Part shown: piece by piece, positions 9,904-21,123 of the stretch | How the letters are laid out: each line of letters begins with the position of its first letter | Numbering within the stretch: position 1 is the stretch's first letter | Assembly (NCBI GenBank): GCA_045047305.1 | Contig: JASFYO010000028.1 | Span: forward strand, 1-24,131 | DNA length: 24,131 nucleotides | Direction: 5' to 3' | DNA from: Planctomycetota bacterium | GTDB taxonomy: Bacteria; Planctomycetota; UBA1135 | Notes under the pieces: generated by a model | Told to the model about the DNA's origin: nothing | Databases searched by the model: none | Seen by the model: the letters and a program-made list of their open reading frames with translations, nothing else | Program-made: the position numbers and the translations under genes

Positions 9904-10991
9904 GGGCGTGGTCCACAACGATGATAGCGCCCATCCGGCATGCGCATCACGCGACCGCGCAGTTCTAAATCGGTGAGGTCCAAGCGTACATGTTCTTCCA
10001 CCATTCCACTTCCCTGCGCCAGTTCCGAGATCCCACAGTCACCTTGCAGTAATAGTTGCATCAAGGGAGGTTCCCGTCCGAGATCTTCTTCGGTCACGCA
10101 ACGATCTAGCTCAGAGAGCATTTCTTCTGGGCCGAGTGCCAACCCGGCGCCTTCCGCCAACATGCGATTGGTTCCCGAGCATGCGATGTCATCCACCGGC
10201 CCGGGAAGTGCAAAGACTTCTCGGCCCAGGCCTAATGCCCAATCCACCGTATTCATAGTTCCCGATTTTGTTGTAGCTTGAATCACCAAAGTTGCACGGC
10301 CGAGTGCTGCGATCAGGCGATTACGCCGTGGAAAATTACCAGCGCGTGGTTCCGTGCCAAAAGGAAACTCCGACACGATGGCACCACCTTGGTGAACGAC
10401 GCGCTCCATTAATTCGATTCCCTCCTTCGGGTAGGGCTTGTCGAGGCCCGAACCGAGAACCCCAATCACTGGGCCGTCGGCCTCTAACGCGCCGAACATA
10501 GCAATCTGGTCTATTCCGCGCGCTGCTCCGGACACCAAGATCTCTCCAGCAAATGCAAAGCCTTTGCCAAAACGAAGAGCCTGGGCCTTTCCATAAGCTG
10601 TGCATGCCCTAGCCCCAATCACAGCAGTGCGCGCCTGGTTTTCACCGAACAGTTTTATGTTGCCCAGGACGTGCAGTACCGGCGGTGGGTCTTTTAAATC
10701 CAAGAAAACTTTTGGGTATTCATCTTCACCAATGCACAGTGTTTTTGCACCGCAAATATGGGCTCCCAATTCTTGTTCAGCCGCGATTCTCTCTAAAAAT
10801 GTACGCTCAGGCATGCGCAATATTCTTGGCTGAATCGCACATCCAGCATTAAGGGGGTGGCGCAAGACTTCTTCTGCAGACCCCATCGCAGACATGAGCT
10901 TGCGAATCCGCCTTGGGCCGAGGCCAGGTGCGGCATGCAAGGCGAGTAAAGCAAATCGTTCGGCAGCTTTCACTCCATGCAGACGCCTCAC
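9900..10991 (-). CDS. dprA: DNA-processing protein DprA (Smf); start uncertain
   Basis: DPPPVLHVLG, AVIGARACTAYG, VSGAARGID, NFPRRNRLIAAL, SGTMNT, REVFALPG, C-terminal wHTH LELRGRV. Confidence 0.93.
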   Translation of the reverse strand: MRRLHGVKAAERFALLALHAAPGLGPRRIRKLMSAMGSAEEVLRHPLNAGCAIQPRILRMPERTFLERIAAEQELGAHICGAKTLCIGEDEYPKVFLDLKDPPPVLHVLGNIKLFGENQARTAVIGARACTAYGKAQALRFGKGFAFAGEILVSGAARGIDQIAMFGALEADGPVIGVLGSGLDKPYPKEGIELMERVVHQGGAIVSEFPFGTEPRAGNFPRRNRLIAALGRATLVIQATTKSGTMNTVDWALGLGREVFALPGPVDDIACSGTNRMLAEGAGLALGPEEMLSELDRCVTEEDLGREPPLMQLLLQGDCGISELAQGSGMVEEHVRLDLTDLELRGRVMRMPDGRYHRCGPRP

Positions 10992-11028
10992 CCGCCCATC
11001 GACACATCCATGTTCTCTGTTCGAACCC

Positions 11029-11037
11029 TGCTAGAGT
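11029..11037 (+). promoter_or_regulatory. Extended -10 (TGcTAGAGT) 7 nt upstream of the MATE GTG, leaderless-type
   Basis: TGCTAGAGT-ACGCCGA-GTG, with no SD. Confidence 0.5.
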
Positions 11038-11044
11038 ACGCCGA

Positions 11045-12388
11045 GTGAAACGTTCCAAGCTGCTCGTTTTAGCCGGGCCGCTCGTCGTTTCCTTTTGGCT
11101 ACGCTCCGCCTTTGGTTGGATTGATACGATTTTCGCCTCCACTTTGGGTGATGGGCACGGCGGCAACCTAGGCGATGCCTCGATTGCCGCGATTGGCCTC
11201 ACTTTGCCGTTGGAGTTTTTGCTCACGGCTTGTTGGGTGGGTGCCTCGAATGGGCTTACCGCGCGCTTAGCCCGTGCGATGGGGGAAGGTGCCAACGAGA
11301 AGGTGGTGCAGCTCAAGCGCGCCGCCGTGCTCATCATCTGCGGCCTGGCTTTGTTCTTTGTCGGCGTCGCTGCCGTGGTGTGGTTCACCTCGGATGCCGT
11401 GGGGCTTGATCCTCAGCTTGCTCGTCAGTTTCAAATTTATGCCACGGTATTGATGGTGGGCTCTGCGATTTCAAGCTTCTGGTCGATTCTTCCAGACTCC
11501 TTAGTGAAGGCGCATCAGGATACGCACGCCACTATGTGGGCCGGGCTGGCGTCGAGCCTGACTAACATCGGCCTCAACGCGCTATTCCTATTCGTTTTTC
11601 ATTGGGGCATTTTCGGTATCGCACTTTCCACCGTACTCGGTCGTTTTGCCGGCCTAGCTTATGCTTGGCGCTGTGCGGCGAAACATGAAAGGTTGCGTGC
11701 GGCACGACCGGAGCAGCAGGTCGCTGGGAAAATCGCCCGCCCGATTCGTGGTATTTTGGCTTTGGCGATTCCGTCGGCTCTGGGATTTGTTTTGCTCGGA
11801 ACCGAATCGATGTCGGTAAACTTTATCTTGAAGGAGTTGCCGAATTCCACCTCAGCGATTGCAGCATGGTCTATTTTTGATCAGTCGGTCCGCTTTTTAG
11901 CGATGCCGATCATTGCTCTAGGGGTTGCACTTCTGCCCTTGGTTGCACGATTGCAAGGCGAGGGGCGCATGGCAGATATCCGCAAAGAGTTAAATGTGGG
12001 ACTGCGCGCTTCAGGCATATACATCTTGTTGTTGGTGCTGCCGTTCACCTATTTCTTCGGACCAGTGGTGGCCGAAGCCCTGACCGATTCCGACGTCACT
12101 AAAAAGCTGGCATTGAGTACCCTCATTTGGATGCCAATGGCGGTGGCCGGTCTCGCACCTTTCCTGCTTTGTCGCGCGACCTTCGATGGGCTGCAGCAGC
12201 CAAAACCATCGTTGATTGCAGCGGCCTTGCGCACTATAGGCCTTGTGATTCCACTCGTTTGGTGGGGGACGAGCCACAACCAAGATTTGGGTTTGACCGT
12301 GATTGGAGCTGCGTGTGTGGCTTATGTGATAGGCGCTGTGGTGTCTGGAATGGGCTTTTTCTGGTTCACAAGGCGTCGCTGTCTTTGA
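11045..12388 (+). CDS. MATE family efflux transporter/flippase
   Basis: About 12 TM segments. LAGPLVV...IDTIF, NIGLNALFLFVFHWGIFGIALST, LAIPSAL MATE-type motifs. The GTG at 11045 avoids overlap with dprA. Confidence 0.88.
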   Translation: MKRSKLLVLAGPLVVSFWLRSAFGWIDTIFASTLGDGHGGNLGDASIAAIGLTLPLEFLLTACWVGASNGLTARLARAMGEGANEKVVQLKRAAVLIICGLALFFVGVAAVVWFTSDAVGLDPQLARQFQIYATVLMVGSAISSFWSILPDSLVKAHQDTHATMWAGLASSLTNIGLNALFLFVFHWGIFGIALSTVLGRFAGLAYAWRCAAKHERLRAARPEQQVAGKIARPIRGILALAIPSALGFVLLGTESMSVNFILKELPNSTSAIAAWSIFDQSVRFLAMPIIALGVALLPLVARLQGEGRMADIRKELNVGLRASGIYILLLVLPFTYFFGPVVAEALTDSDVTKKLALSTLIWMPMAVAGLAPFLLCRATFDGLQQPKPSLIAAALRTIGLVIPLVWWGTSHNQDLGLTVIGAACVAYVIGAVVSGMGFFWFTRRRCL

Positions 12389-12471
12389 ATGCAATTTCCT
12401 GATGAAGCCCAAATAGATGGGGTAATCTTCGTCGAAGTGGGCGCTTTCTGCCTATTTTGACCAAGATAAGC

Positions 12472-12723
12472 ATGGAACAAGCCGTAGCAGCAATTTTTCT
12501 CGTCCTCTTTAGTGGGGGATCAGGTGGAGCAGAAAATCTCCAGTCACCGCCTGCGGTGGTGCAGAACTCTGGCGGCGGCCATGCCAATGGCGGTTCTGGT
12601 GGCGGCGGCGTGCCGATGAACTCCCCTGAGCCCATCACCATGATTGCGCTCGCTGGCGGTGCGGCTGCTGCAGGTGGCCTTGCGCGTCGCCGCAACCACA
12701 AGACCACCGACGGCAAGGAATAA
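12472..12723 (+). CDS. Small protein (83 aa) with a PEP-CTERM-like sorting signal
   Basis: Hydrophobic N-terminus, Gly/Ser/Asn-rich linker, SPEP-ITMIALAGGAAAAGGLA-RRR tail. Confidence 0.72.
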   Translation: MEQAVAAIFLVLFSGGSGGAENLQSPPAVVQNSGGGHANGGSGGGGVPMNSPEPITMIALAGGAAAAGGLARRRNHKTTDGKE

Positions 12724-12738
12724 GGCTTAACTACTCTG

Positions 12739-14010
12739 TTATTCGTGGCGCAGGGCTTCCACTGGATCCATCTTGGCTGCACGCCAAGCGGGGTAGATGC
12801 CGAAGAGTAATCCAATGGTTACGGAAATCCCGAAGGCGAGTAGGGGAGCGCTTGGTTGGACCAAGGTTTGCATGTCGGCAAAATGCTCCACTCCAAGCGG
12901 AATCGCGAGTCCAAGTGCAATACCAGCCAAGCCACCGCCAACGGAAAGCACCACCGTCTCCACCAAAAACTGCATCACGATATGCCGTTGCTTGGCACCC
13001 AATGCGCGACGAATTCCAATCTCCCGGGTGCGTTCGGTGACTGTGGCGAGCATGACGTTCATAATGCCGATGCCACCAACCAGCAAACTAATGCCGGCGA
13101 TGGAGCCAAGCACAATGTTGAAGATGCGTTTGGTTTCTTCCGCACGTGCCAAGAGTTCCAACGGCACCACTACCTCGTAGTCCTTTTCCTGGTGGTTGCG
13201 TGACAACATCTCACGACAAGCCGCCGCCGTACGCTCGACGTTTTCGGCCAAATCAACCTGCACAATGATTTCGTGCAACTGCACTTCTTCAATCTCACGA
13301 CTTCCAGCGCGCAGTTTTACTTGCATCTCGCCGAACCATCGCGCTCCCGTGGTCATCGGGATGAATACCTCGCCGGTGACTTCTTCACCTGGATTGGGTC
13401 GATCATCGCCGATAGGCACGCGAGGGAGCAAAATCCCAATCACTCGAAAGTACTCGGCACCAATTTTTACGTTTTTGCCTAGTGGGGATTCCAGCGGCAT
13501 CAGGCTGCGTGCTACTTCATATCCCAAAACACAAACGTTGGCCAGGGAGTCCTCATCCCGCTCATTAAGGAAGCGCCCCTCGTAGAGCAGGCGGCCAGTG
13601 GTGGTCTGGTAGCCAGCTTCCGTTGCCAAAATCCGTGGGCGAGCAAGGCGGTCCTGGTAGCGCACCTCCTGCTGCAACTGGCGCAGAGCCACGGCACTTC
13701 TTACCCATGGAAAAGTGTCGACTACCCTGAGGTAATCATTGTGGGTTAGGCCATAAGTGACTACGCGTGTTTGTTGGTCGCTGTTTGGATTATCCGGTGG
13801 CTTCACACTGCGCAGGATGACATTCTGACTTCCCAGCTGCTTGATCTGCTCTTGCGCGGCTTGACTTGCTCCTTCACCAATCGCAAGCATGGCAATCACA
13901 CTGCTTACTCCGAATAGCACGCCGAGAGAAGTGAGCAGACTGCGCAGCTTATGCAGCAACAAGCTTTTTACGCCCAACTGAATGGACCGCGTTAACGCGT
14001 TGCCTTTCAT
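12739..14010 (-). CDS. MacB/FtsX-type ABC transporter permease
   Basis: KLRSLLTSLGVLFGV, SLLVGGIGIMNVMLATVTERTREIGIRRALGA, PAWRAAKMDPVEALRHE. Confidence 0.95.
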   Translation of the reverse strand: MKGNALTRSIQLGVKSLLLHKLRSLLTSLGVLFGVSSVIAMLAIGEGASQAAQEQIKQLGSQNVILRSVKPPDNPNSDQQTRVVTYGLTHNDYLRVVDTFPWVRSAVALRQLQQEVRYQDRLARPRILATEAGYQTTTGRLLYEGRFLNERDEDSLANVCVLGYEVARSLMPLESPLGKNVKIGAEYFRVIGILLPRVPIGDDRPNPGEEVTGEVFIPMTTGARWFGEMQVKLRAGSREIEEVQLHEIIVQVDLAENVERTAAACREMLSRNHQEKDYEVVVPLELLARAEETKRIFNIVLGSIAGISLLVGGIGIMNVMLATVTERTREIGIRRALGAKQRHIVMQFLVETVVLSVGGGLAGIALGLAIPLGVEHFADMQTLVQPSAPLLAFGISVTIGLLFGIYPAWRAAKMDPVEALRHE

Positions 14011-14711
14011 CGACGGTTTTCCTCAATTCCTTCAATCAGACCATCCTTCAAATGAAGGATGCGCTCGGCGTGTTCGCCTACTTCCTTCTCATGGGTGACC
14101 AGAAGAATGGTTTTCCCTTCGTTGTGCAACTCATCGAACAACACCAGAATTTCATCTGTGGTCTGTGAGTCGAGATTTCCCGTCGCTTCATCAGCGAGTA
14201 ACAAGGGTGGATCATTAATCAACGAGCGTGCAATCGCTACGCGCTGTTGTTGGCCGCCGGAAAGTTCGTTAGGGCGGTGGTCGAGGCGATCGGCTAGGCC
14301 CAGTCGCTCAGCCAACATATGCGCGCGCTCGTTGGCATCGGGGCGCGGGTGGTCCTGATAGAACACCGGAACCAAAATATTTTCCAGCATGTTTAATTGC
14401 GGAATCAGATTGAAGGATTGGAAGATGAAGCCGATTTCGCGGCCGCGCATTTCCGAGAGTTCGTCATCATCTAGGGTGCTGATCTCATGGCCATTGACCA
14501 CATATTCGCCCGAGGTGGGCCGATCCACCCCGCCAAGAATGTTGAGTAGGGTTGATTTGCCGCTTCCCGAGCTCCCCATGATGGCCCAGTACTCACCGGC
14601 TCCGAAAACCACGTTGATCCCTTTTAGAGCATGCACTTGCGTGCTGCCCATGGTGTAGGTGCGACGAATATCGCGCAGTTCCGCGACCGGCTTAACTATT
14701 ATTGCTGCCAT
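14007..14711 (-). CDS. ABC transporter ATP-binding protein (MacB/LolD type)
   Basis: Walker A GSSGSGKS, LSGGQQQRVAIAR, Walker B LLLADE, H-loop VTH. ATG at 14711. Confidence 0.95.
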   Translation of the reverse strand: MAAIIVKPVAELRDIRRTYTMGSTQVHALKGINVVFGAGEYWAIMGSSGSGKSTLLNILGGVDRPTSGEYVVNGHEISTLDDDELSEMRGREIGFIFQSFNLIPQLNMLENILVPVFYQDHPRPDANERAHMLAERLGLADRLDHRPNELSGGQQQRVAIARSLINDPPLLLADEATGNLDSQTTDEILVLFDELHNEGKTILLVTHEKEVGEHAERILHLKDGLIEGIEENRR

Positions 14712-16218
14712 GCTTCTTGCTGTCGCGAGGATTGCTACCTTGACTCGGGTCGGGTTCGGGCGCAAAGCCCAGTGGTGCGGAAAGCTCCACAACTTCGCCT
14801 TCGGTTAAACCAGACACGATTCCCACCCACTGCTGACTGGCCCCGCCAACCTCTACGGTTCTCGGTTGGCCCTCGACAAAGCAGATTGATTTTCCGCCGC
14901 TGCGGAAAACCGCTTGAACCGGGACGAATAAGGTGTCGGGAATCTCTTTGACTAGAATCTCAACACTACAGGACATCCCAGGACGCATTTCCGGGGTAGC
15001 ATCTAAAACCGAAATCTGAGTACGGAATAGGCGCTGGTTGGGGTTCGCCCAATAACTGTTACTGTCGGGGAGTAAGGCGACGAATTGCACTTCACCTTGA
15101 AAGTCGGTTCCAGGAATAGCGTCTACATGAACTGTGACTGGCATGCCTTCTTTCACTTTCTTGATCACCGATTCATGAAGACTTGCTTGCGCCATCATGC
15201 CACCTGATTGTGGAATCGTAATGATGGCCTGGCGTTCGCGTACGGTTGCTCCTTCCTCAATATTGTTACTGGAGCGTCCCCATCCACCTTCTTGCCGGGC
15301 ATATACCACGTAGCCAGAAACTGGGGCGTAAAGCTTGGACTTACCAATTTGGTCGCGCAGCTTTTGTAGCTTTTCAGTTTCTAGCTCGAGACGGGCGGTG
15401 CTTGTCTTTACGGTGGAAGTTAAATCCACCAGGCGCGCATTCGCTTGCAAGTTGACCCGCTCCAGTTCACGCTTTGCTTCGGTAATCGCGGCAGCATAAA
15501 CAGCTTCCTGCTTTGGGTTGTCATAATCGATGAGCAGCACTTTTGCGCGTTTGGCCTGCTCATATTTGATTTGAACCCTGCTGAATGCCAACTTGTCGGT
15601 TTCGAGCTCGGTGCGGGTCAGGAATCCCTCTTCATTTAGCTTCTCGGACCACTCTAAGCGGTCCTTTGCCTGCACCACTTCTTCTTCAGCCAAGACAATG
15701 CTTTCTTCGGAAGCCTGCAAGCTTTGCGGCCAATCGCCCTCTAGGTATTTACGTTCATCGTCCTTGGCAAACTGAAGCTTCTGCTCTACCTGTGCGATAT
15801 CACTAGTGTTCTGACTCTTTTGAATCTCAAGAGCCTGCTCTGCTTTGGTGACCGCAGCTTGTGAGTTTTGCACCGAGATATCACGCGAGACCTCAAGGTC
15901 CTTAAAACCAGACGAGTCCAGGGTGACCACCAGGTCGCCTTCTTCAACAAAGGTACCCTCTGCAAGCAAGCTTAATATCTGAACATTGCCTTCGAGCTCA
16001 TTGATCATCTTGGCGCTGTTGATGGCAGTGAGGTTGCCGCGTTGCACCACCGTGATGCGTAGGGGGCCACGCTTCACGGTTTGTCCGAGGACTTCCGTTT
16101 TGCTTTCTTCGACCCACCATCCGCCTTCGCGCATGCCACCCCAAGCGGTGCCAGCCAAGGCCAGAACCACAACGATGGGGAGAATAGGATTCTTACGTTT
16201 CTTTGTGGTAGGTGTCAT
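14692..16218 (-). CDS. Periplasmic adaptor / membrane fusion protein (MacA/HlyD family) with a long coiled coil
   Basis: N-terminal TM, EGTFVEEGDLVVTLD and LYAPVSGYV lipoyl halves, MRPGMSC, VPVQAV. Confidence 0.9.
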   Translation of the reverse strand: MTPTTKKRKNPILPIVVVLALAGTAWGGMREGGWWVEESKTEVLGQTVKRGPLRITVVQRGNLTAINSAKMINELEGNVQILSLLAEGTFVEEGDLVVTLDSSGFKDLEVSRDISVQNSQAAVTKAEQALEIQKSQNTSDIAQVEQKLQFAKDDERKYLEGDWPQSLQASEESIVLAEEEVVQAKDRLEWSEKLNEEGFLTRTELETDKLAFSRVQIKYEQAKRAKVLLIDYDNPKQEAVYAAAITEAKRELERVNLQANARLVDLTSTVKTSTARLELETEKLQKLRDQIGKSKLYAPVSGYVVYARQEGGWGRSSNNIEEGATVRERQAIITIPQSGGMMAQASLHESVIKKVKEGMPVTVHVDAIPGTDFQGEVQFVALLPDSNSYWANPNQRLFRTQISVLDATPEMRPGMSCSVEILVKEIPDTLFVPVQAVFRSGGKSICFVEGQPRTVEVGGASQQWVGIVSGLTEGEVVELSAPLGFAPEPDPSQGSNPRDSKKHGSNNS

Positions 16219-17846
16219 GGAGTGGTCTCCGCTGCTCTTGGGAGTGCATTCGTGTCAAGCAAGATGCCAGTCGCATCAACGTCGAGTAATTCGAGGTCAC
16301 GGTAAAGGCGTAAGCGTGCCAAGGCGAAATCGATAAGCGCCGAGGTGGCAGCATTTTGTGCCGAGAGCAAATCCTCTTGGGCTTCCAAAACGTCGCGGGT
16401 GCTGGAACGTCCGGCTTCTAGCTTTAAAACAGCAGAGCGAACGCGTTTGTCGGCGAGGCTTACCGCCGAAAGCTGAATCTGATAGCGCTTGCTAGTGCTA
16501 TTGGTCTGGCGGAAGTCGTCGTAGACCCCAGCGAGAATCCGGTCACGACTGTCCTCTAAGGATCGCGTCGCGCGGTCATGGTTGAGTAGACTCAAGCGGT
16601 AGGCATTGCGTTCCGGTAGTTGGTCGACTGGGAAATCGAAACCCAAGGCAAAGGACCACGGCAAGGCGTTGGATTGATAGGCAAAGGGTCGGCCTTCTTT
16701 GCTATTGCCGCTGATGGAAGTTTGTATATCCAAACCCAAGCGCAAGGCATCGGCTGCTACGCGGGTGCGACGTTCAGCATCGATTTCCTGATCGCGCAGG
16801 TTCATCAAATCCAGGCGGTTTTGTAGGGCGAAAGCGCCAAGGCTGCCTTCTTGCAGTTGCAATAGGTCGGCGCCGTCGAGATCTTTGAGTAACTCCAACT
16901 CCGTGCGGTCCAGTGCAAGATTGGTTTCTGTCGGCAAACCGAGAAGAATCGCAAACTGGTCTAGTTGCAATCCATAATTTTCTTCCAAAAGCAGCAATCG
17001 GCTCTCGGAGCGCAACTCATCTTGTTGTGCTTGGTCAACCTGGATATCGGTCAACTTGCCGGCTTCCGCCAAGCGCTGGTTACGCATGCGCAGCAATTTG
17101 AGCGATTCATAGTTGGCTTTCACGTTGGCGATGTTGTCCAGCGTACGCAGCAAGCCGTAGTAGCTCCCAACCACATCAACTGCAAAACTGTGGCGGAAGC
17201 GCTCATAGCTGCGTACTGCATAGACCAAATCACGCTCCGCTTGAGTCAGCGGTTCTAAGACGACTTCCCGTGCAGACCCGCGTAACAAGGGGAGGGTGAA
17301 GGACAGACTTAAATTTTGGATTGCGTCCCAGCCATCTCCGCGATCAATCGCGCGGAGCAAGGTCGTGCCGATGTTGCCTAAGACTAAGGCGCCGCTGCCA
17401 AACAACTTGGATACTCCCAAGTCTGCGTCGACCGATGCCGATGCCGAGTCATTCCCGGTTCCCGAAACCCCAGCGCTGCCAGTCAGTGTGGATTGCCATG
17501 AAAAGCGCCAGCGCTCCAAAGTCAGATCCAAGGCGGTGCGGTAGAGGTTTTCGCGCTGATCCTGGTAGTTGCGATTATTCTCTGCAGCAATTTCAAGAGA
17601 GCGGAGGATGCTCAATTCAAGCTGGTCTGGCGCGGCTTGCTCTCCCAGTAGCTGCATGCGCAGGGCTTCCGGGCTACGCTCAACGCGAAATCCAGGCTCC
17701 ATCTCAAACAATTCTGCTCGCCGTTGATCCAAAAGCGCATAAACCTGGTCGTCGGCATCTGCGACGTGCTCTTCAGGCGTGGCGCACCCACCAGCTGCTA
17801 GCAGGGCGGTGCAGAGGAACAGTAGCCTGAGAGGGAGGGAACCCAT
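16215..17846 (-). CDS. TolC-family outer membrane efflux lipoprotein
   Basis: Lipobox AGGC. OEP repeats EAGKLTDIQVDQAQ and EAGRSSTRDVLEAQEDLLSA. Heads the MFP-ABC operon. Confidence 0.9.
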   Translation of the reverse strand: MGSLPLRLLFLCTALLAAGGCATPEEHVADADDQVYALLDQRRAELFEMEPGFRVERSPEALRMQLLGEQAAPDQLELSILRSLEIAAENNRNYQDQRENLYRTALDLTLERWRFSWQSTLTGSAGVSGTGNDSASASVDADLGVSKLFGSGALVLGNIGTTLLRAIDRGDGWDAIQNLSLSFTLPLLRGSAREVVLEPLTQAERDLVYAVRSYERFRHSFAVDVVGSYYGLLRTLDNIANVKANYESLKLLRMRNQRLAEAGKLTDIQVDQAQQDELRSESRLLLLEENYGLQLDQFAILLGLPTETNLALDRTELELLKDLDGADLLQLQEGSLGAFALQNRLDLMNLRDQEIDAERRTRVAADALRLGLDIQTSISGNSKEGRPFAYQSNALPWSFALGFDFPVDQLPERNAYRLSLLNHDRATRSLEDSRDRILAGVYDDFRQTNSTSKRYQIQLSAVSLADKRVRSAVLKLEAGRSSTRDVLEAQEDLLSAQNAATSALIDFALARLRLYRDLELLDVDATGILLDTNALPRAAETTP

Positions 17847-17858
17847 GATGAACCGAAC

Positions 17859-17867
17859 ATTCTATCA
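17859..17867 (-). promoter_or_regulatory. Extended -10 (TGaTAGAAT) 12 nt upstream of the tolC-like ATG
   Basis: Minus strand reads TGATAGAAT-GTTCGGTTCATC-ATG, just downstream of the clpC terminator. Confidence 0.5.
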
Positions 17868-17880
17868 GCGGTTTATTCCC

Positions 17881-17920
17881 TAAATAAAAGCAGACGGCCC
17901 GCGAAAAACGGGCCGTCAGC
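17881..17920 (-). terminator. Rho-independent terminator of mcsA-clpC
   Basis: Perfect 9-bp stem GACGGCCCG/CGGGCCGTC (17893-17917) with a 7-nt loop. After 3 nt it is followed on the minus strand by TTTTATTTA. Confidence 0.85.
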
Positions 17921-17963
17921 AATCATTTTCTGCCAGTAGATTTTGGCCTACTTTTTTCTCGTC

Positions 17964-20492
<2,529 letters not shown>

Positions 20493-20568
20493 GATTTCTA
20501 GCCCCCCCTTGGGACATCTTCCTTATCGGCATCGGCTCGGTGTGGCTTGATAAGCCCCAAATCCCAGC

Positions 20569-21090
20569 TCATTCCCCTGTAGGCTCTGAGCCCGTTTCCA
20601 GCTTCTGGATTTGGTCTCGGAGTCGCGCTGCGGCCTCGTAGTCCTCTGAGAGGACTGCTTGATCCATTTCGGCGCTCAATTGGTCGAGAAGACTGTCCTC
20701 TCTCCACTCTACATGCTGGCTGTGGCCATGCAGCCGTTCCAGCATCTCACCCACATAATCCGCAAAAACCTCGTAGTCGTTCGGGCACCCAAGTCGGCTG
20801 GTCTGGCGCAAATCGCGCAGGGTCCAACCACAATCGGGGCAGGTGAGATTATCTTGAGAATCGGGTGTGATGGGGGTGGCCGTTCCCGCAGATTCTTGCG
20901 GAAGGAAGGCCTTAGAAAGCATGGAAATGATTTTTGGGAAAGTGGCTGCTTTCGGAACAGGTAAGCCCGCTTTCTTGGCGCAAACCGCACAGAAGTCTCG
21001 CTCCGACACCTGAGCCTTCCCGCTGTCGTCGTAGACCACATCGAGTTGGTGCAAGGTCGCTTGCAGTTTCTGGCAGGATTGGCAAATCAT
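20569..21090 (-). CDS. mcsA: McsA-like protein (CxxC motifs plus UvrB/UvrC motif)
   Basis: CQSC, CAVC, CPDC, RLGCPNDY and AVLSEDYEAAARLRDQI. Directly upstream of clpC. Confidence 0.88.
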   Translation of the reverse strand: MICQSCQKLQATLHQLDVVYDDSGKAQVSERDFCAVCAKKAGLPVPKAATFPKIISMLSKAFLPQESAGTATPITPDSQDNLTCPDCGWTLRDLRQTSRLGCPNDYEVFADYVGEMLERLHGHSQHVEWREDSLLDQLSAEMDQAVLSEDYEAAARLRDQIQKLETGSEPTGE

Positions 21091-21123
21091 CGTTTCTCTC
21101 TCTAGGTCGTGAGTACGGGCATG

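Noticed and set aside
12438..12452. Sigma54 promoter upstream of the PEP-CTERM-like gene (TGGGCGCTTTCTGC)
   Set aside because: GG-to-GC spacing is N9 rather than the required N10.
12366..12815. 149-aa Pro-rich minus-strand ORF
   Set aside because: It is the mirror of the Gly-rich plus-strand ORF, which carries the recognisable sorting signal, and it overlaps both neighbours.
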